DNA of 23,080 bases, taken from assembly GCA_046497275.1 (NCBI GenBank), contig JAWOFX010000108.1, positions 1-23,080 on the forward strand, in the 5' to 3' direction. Of the stretch, positions 5,677 through 15,388 are shown in pieces (within the stretch, counting starts at the first letter, position 1; the number at the start of each line of letters is the position of its first letter). The notes beneath the pieces were generated by a model. The model was given only the letters and a program-made list of their open reading frames with translations. It was not told the origin of the DNA and did not search any database. The position numbers and the translations under genes are program-made. The stretch is from Promethearchaeia archaeon (GTDB lineage Archaea; Asgardarchaeota; Lokiarchaeia; Sigyniarchaeales; SOKP01).

Positions 5677-8600
5677 TTGAGTGCTGATAAATTAACAAAT
5701 GAAATGAAATGGAGTGTTTTAAAAAGCCTATTTGATGAAAAAGGTTTAGTACGACAACATTTAGACTCTTATAACGATTTCGTTGAAAAAGAGATGCAAA
5801 AGATCGTAGATGAGAGCGCAGAAGTTGTACCAGATATACCAGGCTTTAAAATCCGTTTTGGCAAAATTAAGGTTGGAAAACCAAAGGTTCGAGAAGCAGA
5901 CGGAGCTACAATGGAGATAACCCCAATAGAGGCAAGAATCCGTGAATTGAGTTATGCGGCAGATATAACTTTAGAAATGACCCCAATTACAATTGATGAA
6001 AGAACACAGAGAGAAGAACCAGAAGAAACCTTACCTATTTATATTGGAAAAATCCCAATAATGCTAAAAAGTTGTCGCTGTCCACTTGAGAGTCTCTCTG
6101 ACCAGGAATTAATTAACAGAGGGGAAGATCCTCTCGATCCTGGAGGATATTTCATAATAAATGGAACAGAACGTGTTTTAGTAACACAAGAGGACTTAGC
6201 ACCGAATAGAATACTTGCGGAAGAAGCAAGTAGAAGTTCTAGCGCAACACATCAAGCTAAGGTTTTTTCAACTCGAAGCGGATTTAGAGCACCTGTTTCA
6301 ATTGAGAGAAAGAAAGATGGGAATTTAAGAGTCTCATTTCCATCTGTTCCGGGAAAAATTCCATTAGCAATTTTGATGCGAGCTTTAGGATTACATTCTG
6401 ATAGGCAAATCTTCGAAGCAATTTCCGAAGATGAAGAGATTCAAAAGGAATTAATTCCAGTTATTGATGTGGCTCAGGAAATACAAGTTTTAAAAGATCC
6501 AGAGAAATCGCAACAAAATGCGTTAGATTATATTGGAAAGAGAGTTGCAATTGGACAAACTAAAGATTATCGTATTAGAAGAGCTCTTCAAGTTTTAGAT
6601 CGGTATTTATTACCACATATTGGAAATGATGAAGTGGATCGAATAAAAAAAGCATATTATTTAGGGCAAATGGCCCAAAAAGTGATGGAACTTGCATTAG
6701 GATTAAGAGAGCCAGATGACAAAGACCATTACGCTAATAAACGATTGAAACTTGCGGGGGATCTTTTCACATCATTATTCAGAGTTGCATTTTTAAACCT
6801 TGTGAAAGATATAAAATATCAATTAGAACGTACAGCTGTGAGAGGGAGAGCCCCTAATATAAAAACTGCTGTTCGGGCTGACGTCATTACCGAAAGGATA
6901 CGACATGCATTGGCCACTGGAAATTGGGTTGGGGGAAAGGCAGGTGTAAGTCAGCTTCTTAATAGAACGAATCAAGTTGGGACATTAAGCCATTTAAGGA
7001 GGGTTATATCCCCTTTAAGTCGATCTCAACCACATTTTGAAGCAAGAGATCTCCATCCCACCCAATGGGGAAAGATTTGTCCAGCAGAAACTCCTGAAGG
7101 ACCGAATTGTGGTCTTGTAAAAAATTTAGGTCTTGCGTCGATTATATCTGTTGGTGCTGACGAGAGAATAATAGAAAACATCTTAGTTGATTTAGGTGTT
7201 GTTCCTATCAACGAAGTAGGGAATATTAAAGGAGATAAAGTAAAAGTTTTTCTTAATGGAAAATTAGTTGGAATACATCAAAATTATAATCCCTTTATTC
7301 GACAATTGCGAGAAAAAAGAAGAAGGGGAGAAATAGGACAACATGTAAATATTGGATTTTATCAAGATTCTAAGGAAGTCCAAATCAATTGCGATGCAGG
7401 ACGAGCCACTAGACCGTTATTCGTCATAAGAAATCAAGAACTTTTAGTCTCCAAGGAAGAAATCGATAAAGTCAGAGACGGGAAGATGATATGGTCAGAT
7501 TTAGTTGAAAAGGGGGTAATTGAACATCTTGATGCAGAAGAAGAGGAAAATGCATATATTGCGATGTTTGAAGAGGATATTACAGTAGAACATACGCATT
7601 TAGAGATATCTCCAGCAGCTATACTTGGGATTTGTGCATCTATTATTCCATTCCCTGAACATAATCAATCTCCGAGAAATACTTATGAGGCTGGAATGGT
7701 AAAACAAGCTTTGGGATTATTTGCGGCAAATATGCATCTAAGACTTGATACAAGAGGTCACACTCTTCATTATCCTGAGCAACCATTAGTTAAGACGAGC
7801 CCCATGGAAATAATTGGTTTTAATCAACGTCCAGCGGGGCAAAACTTCATTGTGGCAATGATGAGTTTTGAAGGGTATAATATTGAAGATGCGATTATTA
7901 TAAATCGAGCATCAATTGAAAGGGGTTTGGCAAGATCTCATTTCTTTAGAACCTATGATGCAGAAGAGAGAAAATATCCAGGAGGAGAGGTTGATAAGTT
8001 TGAGATTCCCGAAAGAGGAGTAAGAGGATTTAAATCTGCCGAGTCATATAGATTACTTTCTGAAGATGATGGGATAATTGAGCCCGAAACACAAGTGAAT
8101 GGAGGAGATGTATTAATTGGCAGAACATCACCTCCTCGATTCATAAAATCTTATGAAGAGTTTGAACTGATGCAACCAAATCGTAGAGAAACTTCTAAAA
8201 ATATGAGACATAATGAACAAGGGATTGTTGATACTGTCCTTATTTCTGAAACTGTTGATGGAAATAAACTTGTAAAAATAAAAGTGAGAGATTTACGTAT
8301 TCCAGAATTGGGAGATAAATTCTCTTCCAGACATGGGCAAAAAGGTGTGTTGGGATTGGTTGTAGATGAATATGATATGCCTTTTACCTCATCGGGAGTA
8401 AGACCAGATATTATTGTAAATCCACATGCTATGCCTTCAAGAATGACATTAGGACAATTATTTGAAGGAATAAGTGGAAAAATTGCATGTACAACTGGAG
8501 AATTAGGCGATGCTACTGCATTTGAATGGAAGAATATCACAAAACTCCAAGAGCAACTTGTTGATGCCGGATTTGAATTCAATGGAAGAGAGGTTATGTA

Positions 8601-9048
8601 TAACGGAATAACTGGAGAAAAATATGAAGCAGGTATTTATTGTGCTCCGATATATTATCAAAAGTTATATCATTTGGTAGCAGACAAACTGCATGCCAGA
8701 GCACGAGGACCAGTGCAGATTCTTACCAGGCAGCCCACAGAAGGTAGAGCTAGGGAAGGAGGGCTCCGTTTTGGTGAAATGGAGAGAGATTGTTTAGTGG
8801 GACACGGTTCCGCATTATTATTAAAAGAAAGATTACTTGATGAATCTGATAAAACAGTGATCCTTGTATGTGAAAAATGTGGTCTTTTAGCAGTATACGA
8901 TAGAAATAGAGATAAGCGCTATTGCCCCGTATGTGGTGAAGGGACCACAATTTCTAAAGTCGTTTGTTCATATGCATTTAAACTTCTTTTACAAGAAATG
9001 ATGTCTCTCGGACTAGCTCCACGACTTAAGCTGAAAGAGAAAATTTAA
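5677..9048 (+). CDS. rpoB: DNA-directed RNA polymerase subunit B (Rpo2), unsplit
   Basis: GGYFIINGTERV, ETPEGPNCGL, GDKFSSRHGQKG, KLHARARG, GGLRFGEMERD and C-terminal Zn motif CEKC..CPVC; single 1123-aa ORF. Confidence 0.99.
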   Translation: MSADKLTNEMKWSVLKSLFDEKGLVRQHLDSYNDFVEKEMQKIVDESAEVVPDIPGFKIRFGKIKVGKPKVREADGATMEITPIEARIRELSYAADITLEMTPITIDERTQREEPEETLPIYIGKIPIMLKSCRCPLESLSDQELINRGEDPLDPGGYFIINGTERVLVTQEDLAPNRILAEEASRSSSATHQAKVFSTRSGFRAPVSIERKKDGNLRVSFPSVPGKIPLAILMRALGLHSDRQIFEAISEDEEIQKELIPVIDVAQEIQVLKDPEKSQQNALDYIGKRVAIGQTKDYRIRRALQVLDRYLLPHIGNDEVDRIKKAYYLGQMAQKVMELALGLREPDDKDHYANKRLKLAGDLFTSLFRVAFLNLVKDIKYQLERTAVRGRAPNIKTAVRADVITERIRHALATGNWVGGKAGVSQLLNRTNQVGTLSHLRRVISPLSRSQPHFEARDLHPTQWGKICPAETPEGPNCGLVKNLGLASIISVGADERIIENILVDLGVVPINEVGNIKGDKVKVFLNGKLVGIHQNYNPFIRQLREKRRRGEIGQHVNIGFYQDSKEVQINCDAGRATRPLFVIRNQELLVSKEEIDKVRDGKMIWSDLVEKGVIEHLDAEEEENAYIAMFEEDITVEHTHLEISPAAILGICASIIPFPEHNQSPRNTYEAGMVKQALGLFAANMHLRLDTRGHTLHYPEQPLVKTSPMEIIGFNQRPAGQNFIVAMMSFEGYNIEDAIIINRASIERGLARSHFFRTYDAEERKYPGGEVDKFEIPERGVRGFKSAESYRLLSEDDGIIEPETQVNGGDVLIGRTSPPRFIKSYEEFELMQPNRRETSKNMRHNEQGIVDTVLISETVDGNKLVKIKVRDLRIPELGDKFSSRHGQKGVLGLVVDEYDMPFTSSGVRPDIIVNPHAMPSRMTLGQLFEGISGKIACTTGELGDATAFEWKNITKLQEQLVDAGFEFNGREVMYNGITGEKYEAGIYCAPIYYQKLYHLVADKLHARARGPVQILTRQPTEGRAREGGLRFGEMERDCLVGHGSALLLKERLLDESDKTVILVCEKCGLLAVYDRNRDKRYCPVCGEGTTISKVVCSYAFKLLLQEMMSLGLAPRLKLKEKI

Positions 9049-9051
9049 TAC

Positions 9052-9077
9052 TTTTTTGATTTTTTACTTCTTTTTTT
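9052..9077 (+). terminator. Oligo(T) archaeal-type terminator after rpoB
   Basis: T6, T6 and T7 runs immediately after the rpoB stop. An A8 run at 9103-9110 could terminate the convergent gene. Confidence 0.55.
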
Positions 9078-9136
9078 AATTCATTTAAAGGAAAAATAGA
9101 TTAAAAAAAAAGGAATTTGAATATTTAAATTCTTGA

Positions 9137-9577
9137 TTAAACCACATATAAACCGAAAAAGTCGAGTTCAGGTATCAAAGAGAGGAGGATATATAACATG
9201 AAAAGCGTTAGTAATGATATCCACACGGAAGTTTCCCATTTTATATCCACGAAAAATTTTGTTAAAACTAATAGGATTAGAAATCCAATTATTGGTACTA
9301 ATTGTGTAAGATAATTTGCGCCTCCTCCGTCAATGGCGTTTCGAATATTAGCAAAAACATCACCGATAGCGCCTAAAACTGATCCAACTGCTCCTAGAAC
9401 TGGAGGAAGAATCAATATAACTATTAACGCAAGCAAGAAAATCATTATTACTTTATCTGATGCCTTCGTTTTAGACTCTATAAGCAATACAGCTAAATAT
9501 ATAATAAGTCCCAGTAATACTGTTCCAATTATTATACCTAACAAGAAAATAATAGGATCAGCAGTTTGAAACAACAT
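9137..9577 (-). CDS. Hypothetical membrane protein (~4 TM helices)
   Basis: 146 aa with four long hydrophobic segments; no recognised motif. Confidence 0.75.
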   Translation of the reverse strand: MLFQTADPIIFLLGIIIGTVLLGLIIYLAVLLIESKTKASDKVIMIFLLALIVILILPPVLGAVGSVLGAIGDVFANIRNAIDGGGANYLTQLVPIIGFLILLVLTKFFVDIKWETSVWISLLTLFMLYILLSLIPELDFFGLYVV

Positions 9578-9716
9578 TTTAAATCTCTATTGTTCTCATT
9601 TATAATTTCAATTTATAATTAAGACAAAATAGATTTCATCTTTTTTAAATATTAACATTCAACTTTAAAAGAAATCTTAAAGCTTTTTACTTAAAAAATT
9701 GAATTAGAAGTTGAAT

Positions 9717-9941
9717 TTAAAGTCCGAGAGTTATAAGAAAGAAATGGATTGAAAACGCTAATAAAGATGAGGTTATAAGAATATTAATAATAGAAAATTT
9801 CATGGATAATTCTCTCCCATACTTTGAATAGACTAATAATACAATTAAAGAGAGTATCCCAAAAATGAGAAAAAACCAAGCCAAAATCCAAAGGGGTAAA
9901 TTTATCACACTTATTTGCACTAACATGGAAAGTTTAACCAA
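9717..9941 (-). CDS. Small hypothetical membrane protein (2 TM; alternative ATG at 9926)
   Basis: Two hydrophobic segments separated by KYGRE; co-oriented with 9137-9577. Confidence 0.6.
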   Translation of the reverse strand: MVKLSMLVQISVINLPLWILAWFFLIFGILSLIVLLVYSKYGRELSMKFSIINILITSSLLAFSIHFFLITLGL

Positions 9942-10345
9942 TTTTTATAATATCTAATCGTGATTAATAATTATTATTTCTTAATGTTTTTTACTTTTTT
10001 ATTTTTTCTTATGAACTTACTTATAAATTTAATATTTTTTAATTTTAGAACTTAATTTTGTTCTATTTTTTCACGGATAAATAGCCTTTATTGAAAGAAA
10101 ATTGAATTTACTATTCATTATTTTTGATTAAGTGATCTTTAACCCTTTTTCTTATGTTTTCATAATTTATAAATTGTAAATTCCTACTAATAATGGATAA
10201 ATTGGTCAAGATCACCCCTTTGATTTGTTTTGAGCAATTTTTTTAAAAATTTTTAAAAAAATATCCAAAAAATTTAAAGGTATGTGGACTATTAAATATT
10301 AAAAAATAACACAGAAAACACCCGAGAAGGTAAGATAAATATATT

Positions 10346-11122
10346 ATGCATTTTTTAAAGAAAATCATTAATAATCCAAAATTGGAAGACCCTGCGAATA
10401 AACATATGGATGTGCATCGACATTTTTATAGATATTCAAGAGGAGAATTCGCAGGACCTGCAATAAAACTGCGACAGACTTCAACAAAATTTGCTTTAAA
10501 AGGATCACTAGAATATGAAGATTTAATACAAGAATTGGTTTTAAAGTCGATTTCTGTAGAGGAAGTTGAGATTGAAGGGATATTAATAACTGGAAAAGAT
10601 ATATCAGAAAGATTAAGAGAGTTGAATTTAGAATGGGATTTTAAAGAATCAACGGGAAAAACAAAAAATTTTAAGGCAAAATTTATCGAGACCTTAAAAA
10701 TTGAAAAAATAATAAATTTAATTGATGAATTTCGAGAATATGGCTATTTTCTTTTAGATTTCAAATTGGGAAAGTGGGTAAAGGTAGATACTAAGAAAAG
10801 ATTACCGAGACCATCTAAGAAAAAACCTGTTGATGATGATGTTAGTGACAGAGTACAATTTTGTAAAGGTTATACAGATCACACGGAAGAGAATAATAAA
10901 ATGATTATTGATGAAGTTTTATATGATTTTAAAGATGAAATACCTGAAGATTGGAGTAAAATTACGCTTAGGAATAATTATAAAATTGATGAGATCGCCA
11001 TCCCTCGGGATATAAAAGATTCACGATTATTGAGAATTTTAGCTATTAGAATAGGAAAATTGATCAGAACTGCTAAAATTGATGATGAAGTTATTGAGAA
11101 ACAATATTCATTTAGAGTTTAA
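10346..11122 (+). CDS. Hypothetical protein upstream of tfe
   Basis: 258-aa ORF with normal codon usage. The N-terminal HRHFYRYSRGEFAGP motif looks conserved, but no function was recognised. Confidence 0.75.
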   Translation: MHFLKKIINNPKLEDPANKHMDVHRHFYRYSRGEFAGPAIKLRQTSTKFALKGSLEYEDLIQELVLKSISVEEVEIEGILITGKDISERLRELNLEWDFKESTGKTKNFKAKFIETLKIEKIINLIDEFREYGYFLLDFKLGKWVKVDTKKRLPRPSKKKPVDDDVSDRVQFCKGYTDHTEENNKMIIDEVLYDFKDEIPEDWSKITLRNNYKIDEIAIPRDIKDSRLLRILAIRIGKLIRTAKIDDEVIEKQYSFRV

Positions 11123-11232
11123 TTAAAAATCTTTAATTTCTCTTTCCATTTATCCGTAAAAATAATATATTATTTTACACTTAATATAAATTAAATTTGT
11201 AGAGTGAATTAGTCATTAAGAAACTAAATCCA

Positions 11233-11796
11233 TTGTTAGAATCTTTTCTTTATATTATTAGTGGAGATATTGCAATCGAAGTTGGAAGAGAATTATTAGC
11301 CTCAGAGGAAGAGGATATAACAGATGAGGATATAACTGAAAATATAAAAGACAGAATAAAGGGAAAAAAGGATTTTGAACCAGAAGATGAGGAGATATTA
11401 AAATTAAACACTGTCCGTAAAACTCTTTATAAATTGTATTCGGAGAAATTGGCTCAATTTCGAAGAATTCGAGATAAGTCTACTGGATGGTTTATTTACT
11501 ACTGGTGGCACGAATTTGATCTTCTCGAGGAGATTTTATTAGAAAAAAAGAAAATGCTCTCACAAAAACTGCGCGACAGGTTAGAATATGAAGAAAAGAA
11601 TTATTTCTTTGAATGTGAAGATTGTGAGGAGAATCCGATAAAATATACCTTCGAGGAAGCATTTGAACTGAATTTCAGGTGTCCTGAATGTGGAAAAGAA
11701 TTAAAAGCTTTAGAAAATCAAGACGTGAAAAATTTTTTAAAACAAAAAATAATACAAAATCAAAATATCTCTTTTTCAATAGAATATGAAGATTAG
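11233..11796 (+). CDS. tfe: Transcription factor E alpha (true start possibly upstream, see findings)
   Basis: Winged-helix LNTVRKTLYKLY, RDKSTGWFIYYW, and zinc ribbon CEDC..FRCPECG. Confidence 0.93.
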   Translation: MLESFLYIISGDIAIEVGRELLASEEEDITDEDITENIKDRIKGKKDFEPEDEEILKLNTVRKTLYKLYSEKLAQFRRIRDKSTGWFIYYWWHEFDLLEEILLEKKKMLSQKLRDRLEYEEKNYFFECEDCEENPIKYTFEEAFELNFRCPECGKELKALENQDVKNFLKQKIIQNQNISFSIEYED

Positions 11797-12326
11797 TCTT
11801 TTTTTTTCTTTTTAATAAACGCTATATCTCCCAATGAAGAGCCCGTGTGTTTCTTTTTAATATATTCATCTGTGTTTACCTGAATTATATCAGAATCTTC
11901 TAATAGATTAATATTATATTCATTTTCTAATTTTTTTGCTAAATCTATTTTAGGTTTCGTTTTTCCCGCTTCAATTCTGCGAATTAAGGATTCTTTTTCA
12001 TGAATTCTTTGAGCGAACTTCTCTTGAGTCATATTCCTTTTCTCTCGAGCATTTCGAATTCTTTTAGAAAAATCTTCAACAATTACAACTTCTGGTTCTA
12101 AATAAGATCTAGAACTTTTATAAGATTTTGATTGGCTCTGTTTCCTAGTTGGGGAAGGGGAACGTCTAGTGTAATTCCCTTTTTTTGCTTTCGGAATTAC
12201 TTTTTTCCCATGTTGGGCACAACTTTCACAAACTCTTATTTTAGCACCTTCTATAAGAACTTTTTGTCCGCCACCCCAGATGACACCACCACAAATGGGA
12301 CACATTAAATTTTCATTTTTAGGCAT
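11793..12326 (-). CDS. mbf1: Archaeal multiprotein bridging factor 1
   Basis: N-terminal Zn ribbon CPICG..CESC, HTH IRNAREKRNMTQEKFA..IRRIEAG, C-terminal SLGDIA. Overlaps the tfe stop by 4 nt; divergent from pan. Confidence 0.92.
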   Translation of the reverse strand: MPKNENLMCPICGGVIWGGGQKVLIEGAKIRVCESCAQHGKKVIPKAKKGNYTRRSPSPTRKQSQSKSYKSSRSYLEPEVVIVEDFSKRIRNAREKRNMTQEKFAQRIHEKESLIRRIEAGKTKPKIDLAKKLENEYNINLLEDSDIIQVNTDEYIKKKHTGSSLGDIAFIKKKKKD

Positions 12327-12567
12327 AATGAAGTCAACAAAATTTATTTTGAATATGTTTTCAATTTTAATAAATAGATTTTAATCTTAATAATTTTCGG
12401 TTATAGGGTTGAAACTATTATAATTTATAAAAAATAACCTTTTTATTTTCAATCAACAATATAGAAATAACGAGATTTCAACAAATATAAATTTAAATTT
12501 GTAAATAATCTTTAATTAAATATATTGTAAATAATAAATAAATACTGTTTAAAAAGGGAAAATCTTC

Positions 12568-13779
12568 TTGACGACAACTAAGGATAAGAAAAAGGAGAAA
12601 GAAGCGAAAGATGGTGAATACTTAATAACCTATACTCGTCACCTTGAAAAGCGTCTTAGAAATTTAGAGACTGAAAAACAATTACTAGATGCTGAAAGGT
12701 TAAGATTAGAACAGGAATTACATAGTTTACGAAACGAGATAGATAGATTAAGGGAACCACCATTGGTTTCAGCAAGCGTTATAGATATATTGGACGAAAA
12801 CAAAGGACGAGCAATAGTCAAAAGCTCAACAGGACCCAGTTTTGTAGTTAACGCAAGTCGAAAAGTAAAGAATGAAAAGATAATGCCGGGAATGAGAGTT
12901 GCGTTAAATCAAAGAACTTTTGCAATTATGGAGGTTTTACCTACGAAATTAGATCCTTTTGTTAAAGGTATGGAAGTAATTGACACTGTTCCTGATATTT
13001 CTTATAATGATATAGGAGGGTTAGAAGATCAATTATTAGAAGTGAGAGAGACAGTGGAATTACCTCTCACAAAACCAGAATTATTTAAAAAAGTTGGAAT
13101 AGATCCTCCAAAAGGAGTTCTTTTACACGGTCCCCCTGGGACGGGAAAAACATTGATGGCCAAAGCTGTAGCTCATGAAACAGAGGCATCATTCATTAGA
13201 ATTATTGGTTCTGAGCTTGTTCAAAAATTTATCGGAGAAGGTGCCCGATTGGTAAGAGAAGTCTTCAGTTTAGCTAAGCAGAATGCCCCTACAATTTTAT
13301 TCATTGATGAATTGGATGCCATTGGATCTCAAAGATTAAAGATAGCTACATCTGGTGACCGAGAGGTTCAAAGAACACTAATGCAATTACTTTCCGAATT
13401 GGATGGATTTGAAGCTCGTGGAGATGTGAAGATAATAGGGGCTACTAATAGATTAGATATTTTAGACCCTGCCTTGTTACGCCCTGGAAGATTCGATAGA
13501 ATGATTGAATTTCCAATTCCAGAAGATACTGCACGCGAAGCAATTTTCAAAATTCATACAAGAAATCTTAATATTAAGGAAAGCATTAATTTTAATAGGT
13601 TTGTAAAAATCACAGAGGGATCAACGGGAGCAGATATAAAAGCAATCTGTACTGAAGCGGGAATGTTTGCAATACGTAGAGATTCTGAAAATATTACTGA
13701 AGAGGATTTCCTTAATGCTATTTCAAAAGTATTAAATAAAAATAAGAATAAATGTGTTGAATCTAGAATTTATTCTTAA
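12568..13779 (+). CDS. pan: Proteasome-activating nucleotidase
   Basis: N-terminal coiled coil + OB fold, Walker A GPPGTGKT, pore loop KFIGEG, Walker [19 protein letters not shown] and C-terminal HbYX (IYS). Confidence 0.97.
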   Translation: MTTTKDKKKEKEAKDGEYLITYTRHLEKRLRNLETEKQLLDAERLRLEQELHSLRNEIDRLREPPLVSASVIDILDENKGRAIVKSSTGPSFVVNASRKVKNEKIMPGMRVALNQRTFAIMEVLPTKLDPFVKGMEVIDTVPDISYNDIGGLEDQLLEVRETVELPLTKPELFKKVGIDPPKGVLLHGPPGTGKTLMAKAVAHETEASFIRIIGSELVQKFIGEGARLVREVFSLAKQNAPTILFIDELDAIGSQRLKIATSGDREVQRTLMQLLSELDGFEARGDVKIIGATNRLDILDPALLRPGRFDRMIEFPIPEDTAREAIFKIHTRNLNIKESINFNRFVKITEGSTGADIKAICTEAGMFAIRRDSENITEEDFLNAISKVLNKNKNKCVESRIYS

Positions 13780-13874
13780 TTTTTACTTCATTCTACAATT
13801 AGTTTTATTATAAATTTTTATTATTTGCTGCTTTATGTGTAATAACGGAATTCTTATATTGTTTTTAATTTAAT

Positions 13875-14357
13875 ATGGAAAAAGATCGCCTTCTAGCTCT
13901 AAGAAAATTAAAAGGGATTTCTGATTATCAATTTGGTCCAGATATCACCGATATTTTATTTAATGACCTTGATAAAATTAAAATAATTCGGTCACGGAAC
14001 ACTGGAAAAATCCGATATATTCATTTTAAAGAGGATTTATTATTGACTCTGAAACCAACAAACGGGTTTTTTACTTTAGGGTTTTTGGCTGCTCATATGA
14101 TTATTAAAAGCACCAACACCCCAAAATTAAGAGCTGTTGTTCTAAATGAGATTTCTGAATTTATTAGAGAGGGAAGAAATGTATTTTGTAAGCATATCTT
14201 AGATATTGATGAAGATTTGCGACCTAATGATGAAATTATTGTTGTAAACCAAGAACAAGAAATATTAGCTATTGGGAGAGTAAAAATACCAATTCCTTAT
14301 ATTAAATATTTTAATAGGGGAGTAGGGATTGATGTAAGAAAAGGAAATCGGATATGA
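13875..14357 (+). CDS. Stand-alone TGT C2 + PUA domain protein (C-terminal part of split archaeosine tRNA-guanine transglycosylase-like)
   Basis: ISDYQFG, SRNTGKIRYI, LTLKPTNGFFTL, then PUA EGRNVFCKHILDIDEDLRPNDEIIVV. Confidence 0.78.
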   Translation: MEKDRLLALRKLKGISDYQFGPDITDILFNDLDKIKIIRSRNTGKIRYIHFKEDLLLTLKPTNGFFTLGFLAAHMIIKSTNTPKLRAVVLNEISEFIREGRNVFCKHILDIDEDLRPNDEIIVVNQEQEILAIGRVKIPIPYIKYFNRGVGIDVRKGNRI

Positions 14358-14418
14358 TAAAACTCAAAAAATTAAAAATTTCGCTTAATTATTACTATAT
14401 AAGATTTAAGAATCATAT

Positions 14419-14925
14419 GTGAAAATTATGAAATTACCGAAGGAAATACAAAAAAAAGAAGCTAGTAAACCTAAAAGACCAACTAAAGTTAAAAAAAGAC
14501 CAGGCCAGCAATTCGGTTCCAGATCTATGCGGAGAAGGATGCAACAACAAGGAATTGATATGGATCAAATAGATGCAACTCGAGTTATAATTGAAGGTAC
14601 TGATAAAACTCTAATTATAAATCAACCAGAAGTAGTATTGATGGAACAGATGGGTCAATCAATATATCAAGTGATAGGCGAAGCTGAAGAATATTCACTA
14701 GGGGAAATTAATATAGGAGAGATAACAGAGAAGAAAGAAACAATTAGCGAGGAGATTAGTGGAGAGGAAACTGAAAAGGATGAGGAGGTTCGGCCAACTA
14801 TAACCGAAAATGATATAATGCTTGTTGCAGCTCAAGCTAATGTGCCCAAAGAAGAGGCAGAGTCTGTATTGCGAGAATGTGAAGGAGATATTGCAAAAGC
14901 AATAGTATACTTAAAAAATCGTTAA
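14419..14925 (+). CDS. nac: Nascent polypeptide-associated complex protein (GTG 14419 or ATG 14428 start)
   Basis: MRRRMQQQGIDM, NAC domain RVII..INQPEV..YQVIG, acidic linker, C-terminal UBA DIMLVAAQANV..EGDIAKAI. Confidence 0.93.
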   Translation: MKIMKLPKEIQKKEASKPKRPTKVKKRPGQQFGSRSMRRRMQQQGIDMDQIDATRVIIEGTDKTLIINQPEVVLMEQMGQSIYQVIGEAEEYSLGEINIGEITEKKETISEEISGEETEKDEEVRPTITENDIMLVAAQANVPKEEAESVLRECEGDIAKAIVYLKNR

Positions 14926-14994
14926 ATTTTCTTTAAAAAAAATATTAAGAATAATCATATATTCTCATTTTTAATACCATTAATATAGATTGAT

Positions 14995-15354
14995 ATGTCA
15001 AAAATAGAAAAAAAGAAAGTTAGGAAAAAGAGCAGTAGTTTAGAGGAAGATATAAAATTTGAAAAAATGATCAACTATTCAGGTTGGATATTTTTATTTG
15101 CATTAATTGCATTTCTATTCTCTTGGCTTGTTTTAGATGCTATAATTAATATTCCATTTATTGATTTTGAAGAGAATGTTTTGACTTTTTCTTTTATTGT
15201 GTTTACAGCAACAGCGTCAGCATTTTCTTTCGGATTAGCTGCGAGCATAAAAAAAAATAGGGATAAAAAGAAACAATTATTTACCGATTGGATAATTGCG
15301 ATCTTTCTCTTTTCTATGTTTGCAATATTTGCTTTAGCAGCATATCAATGGTAA
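14995..15354 (+). CDS. Hypothetical membrane protein (~3 TM)
   Basis: Basic N-terminus followed by three hydrophobic segments; no recognised family. Confidence 0.7.
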   Translation: MSKIEKKKVRKKSSSLEEDIKFEKMINYSGWIFLFALIAFLFSWLVLDAIINIPFIDFEENVLTFSFIVFTATASAFSFGLAASIKKNRDKKKQLFTDWIIAIFLFSMFAIFALAAYQW

Positions 15355-15388
15355 TTTTTTTCAAATATAAAAAAAGATTAATATTATT

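Noticed and set aside
8151-8582. 143-aa antisense ORF (and 7026-7211, 7953-8144, 8750-8950) within rpoB
   Set aside because: Antisense shadows of a highly conserved gene.
9333-9569. 78-aa plus-strand ORF
   Set aside because: Antisense to the 4-TM membrane protein, which is the better coding candidate.
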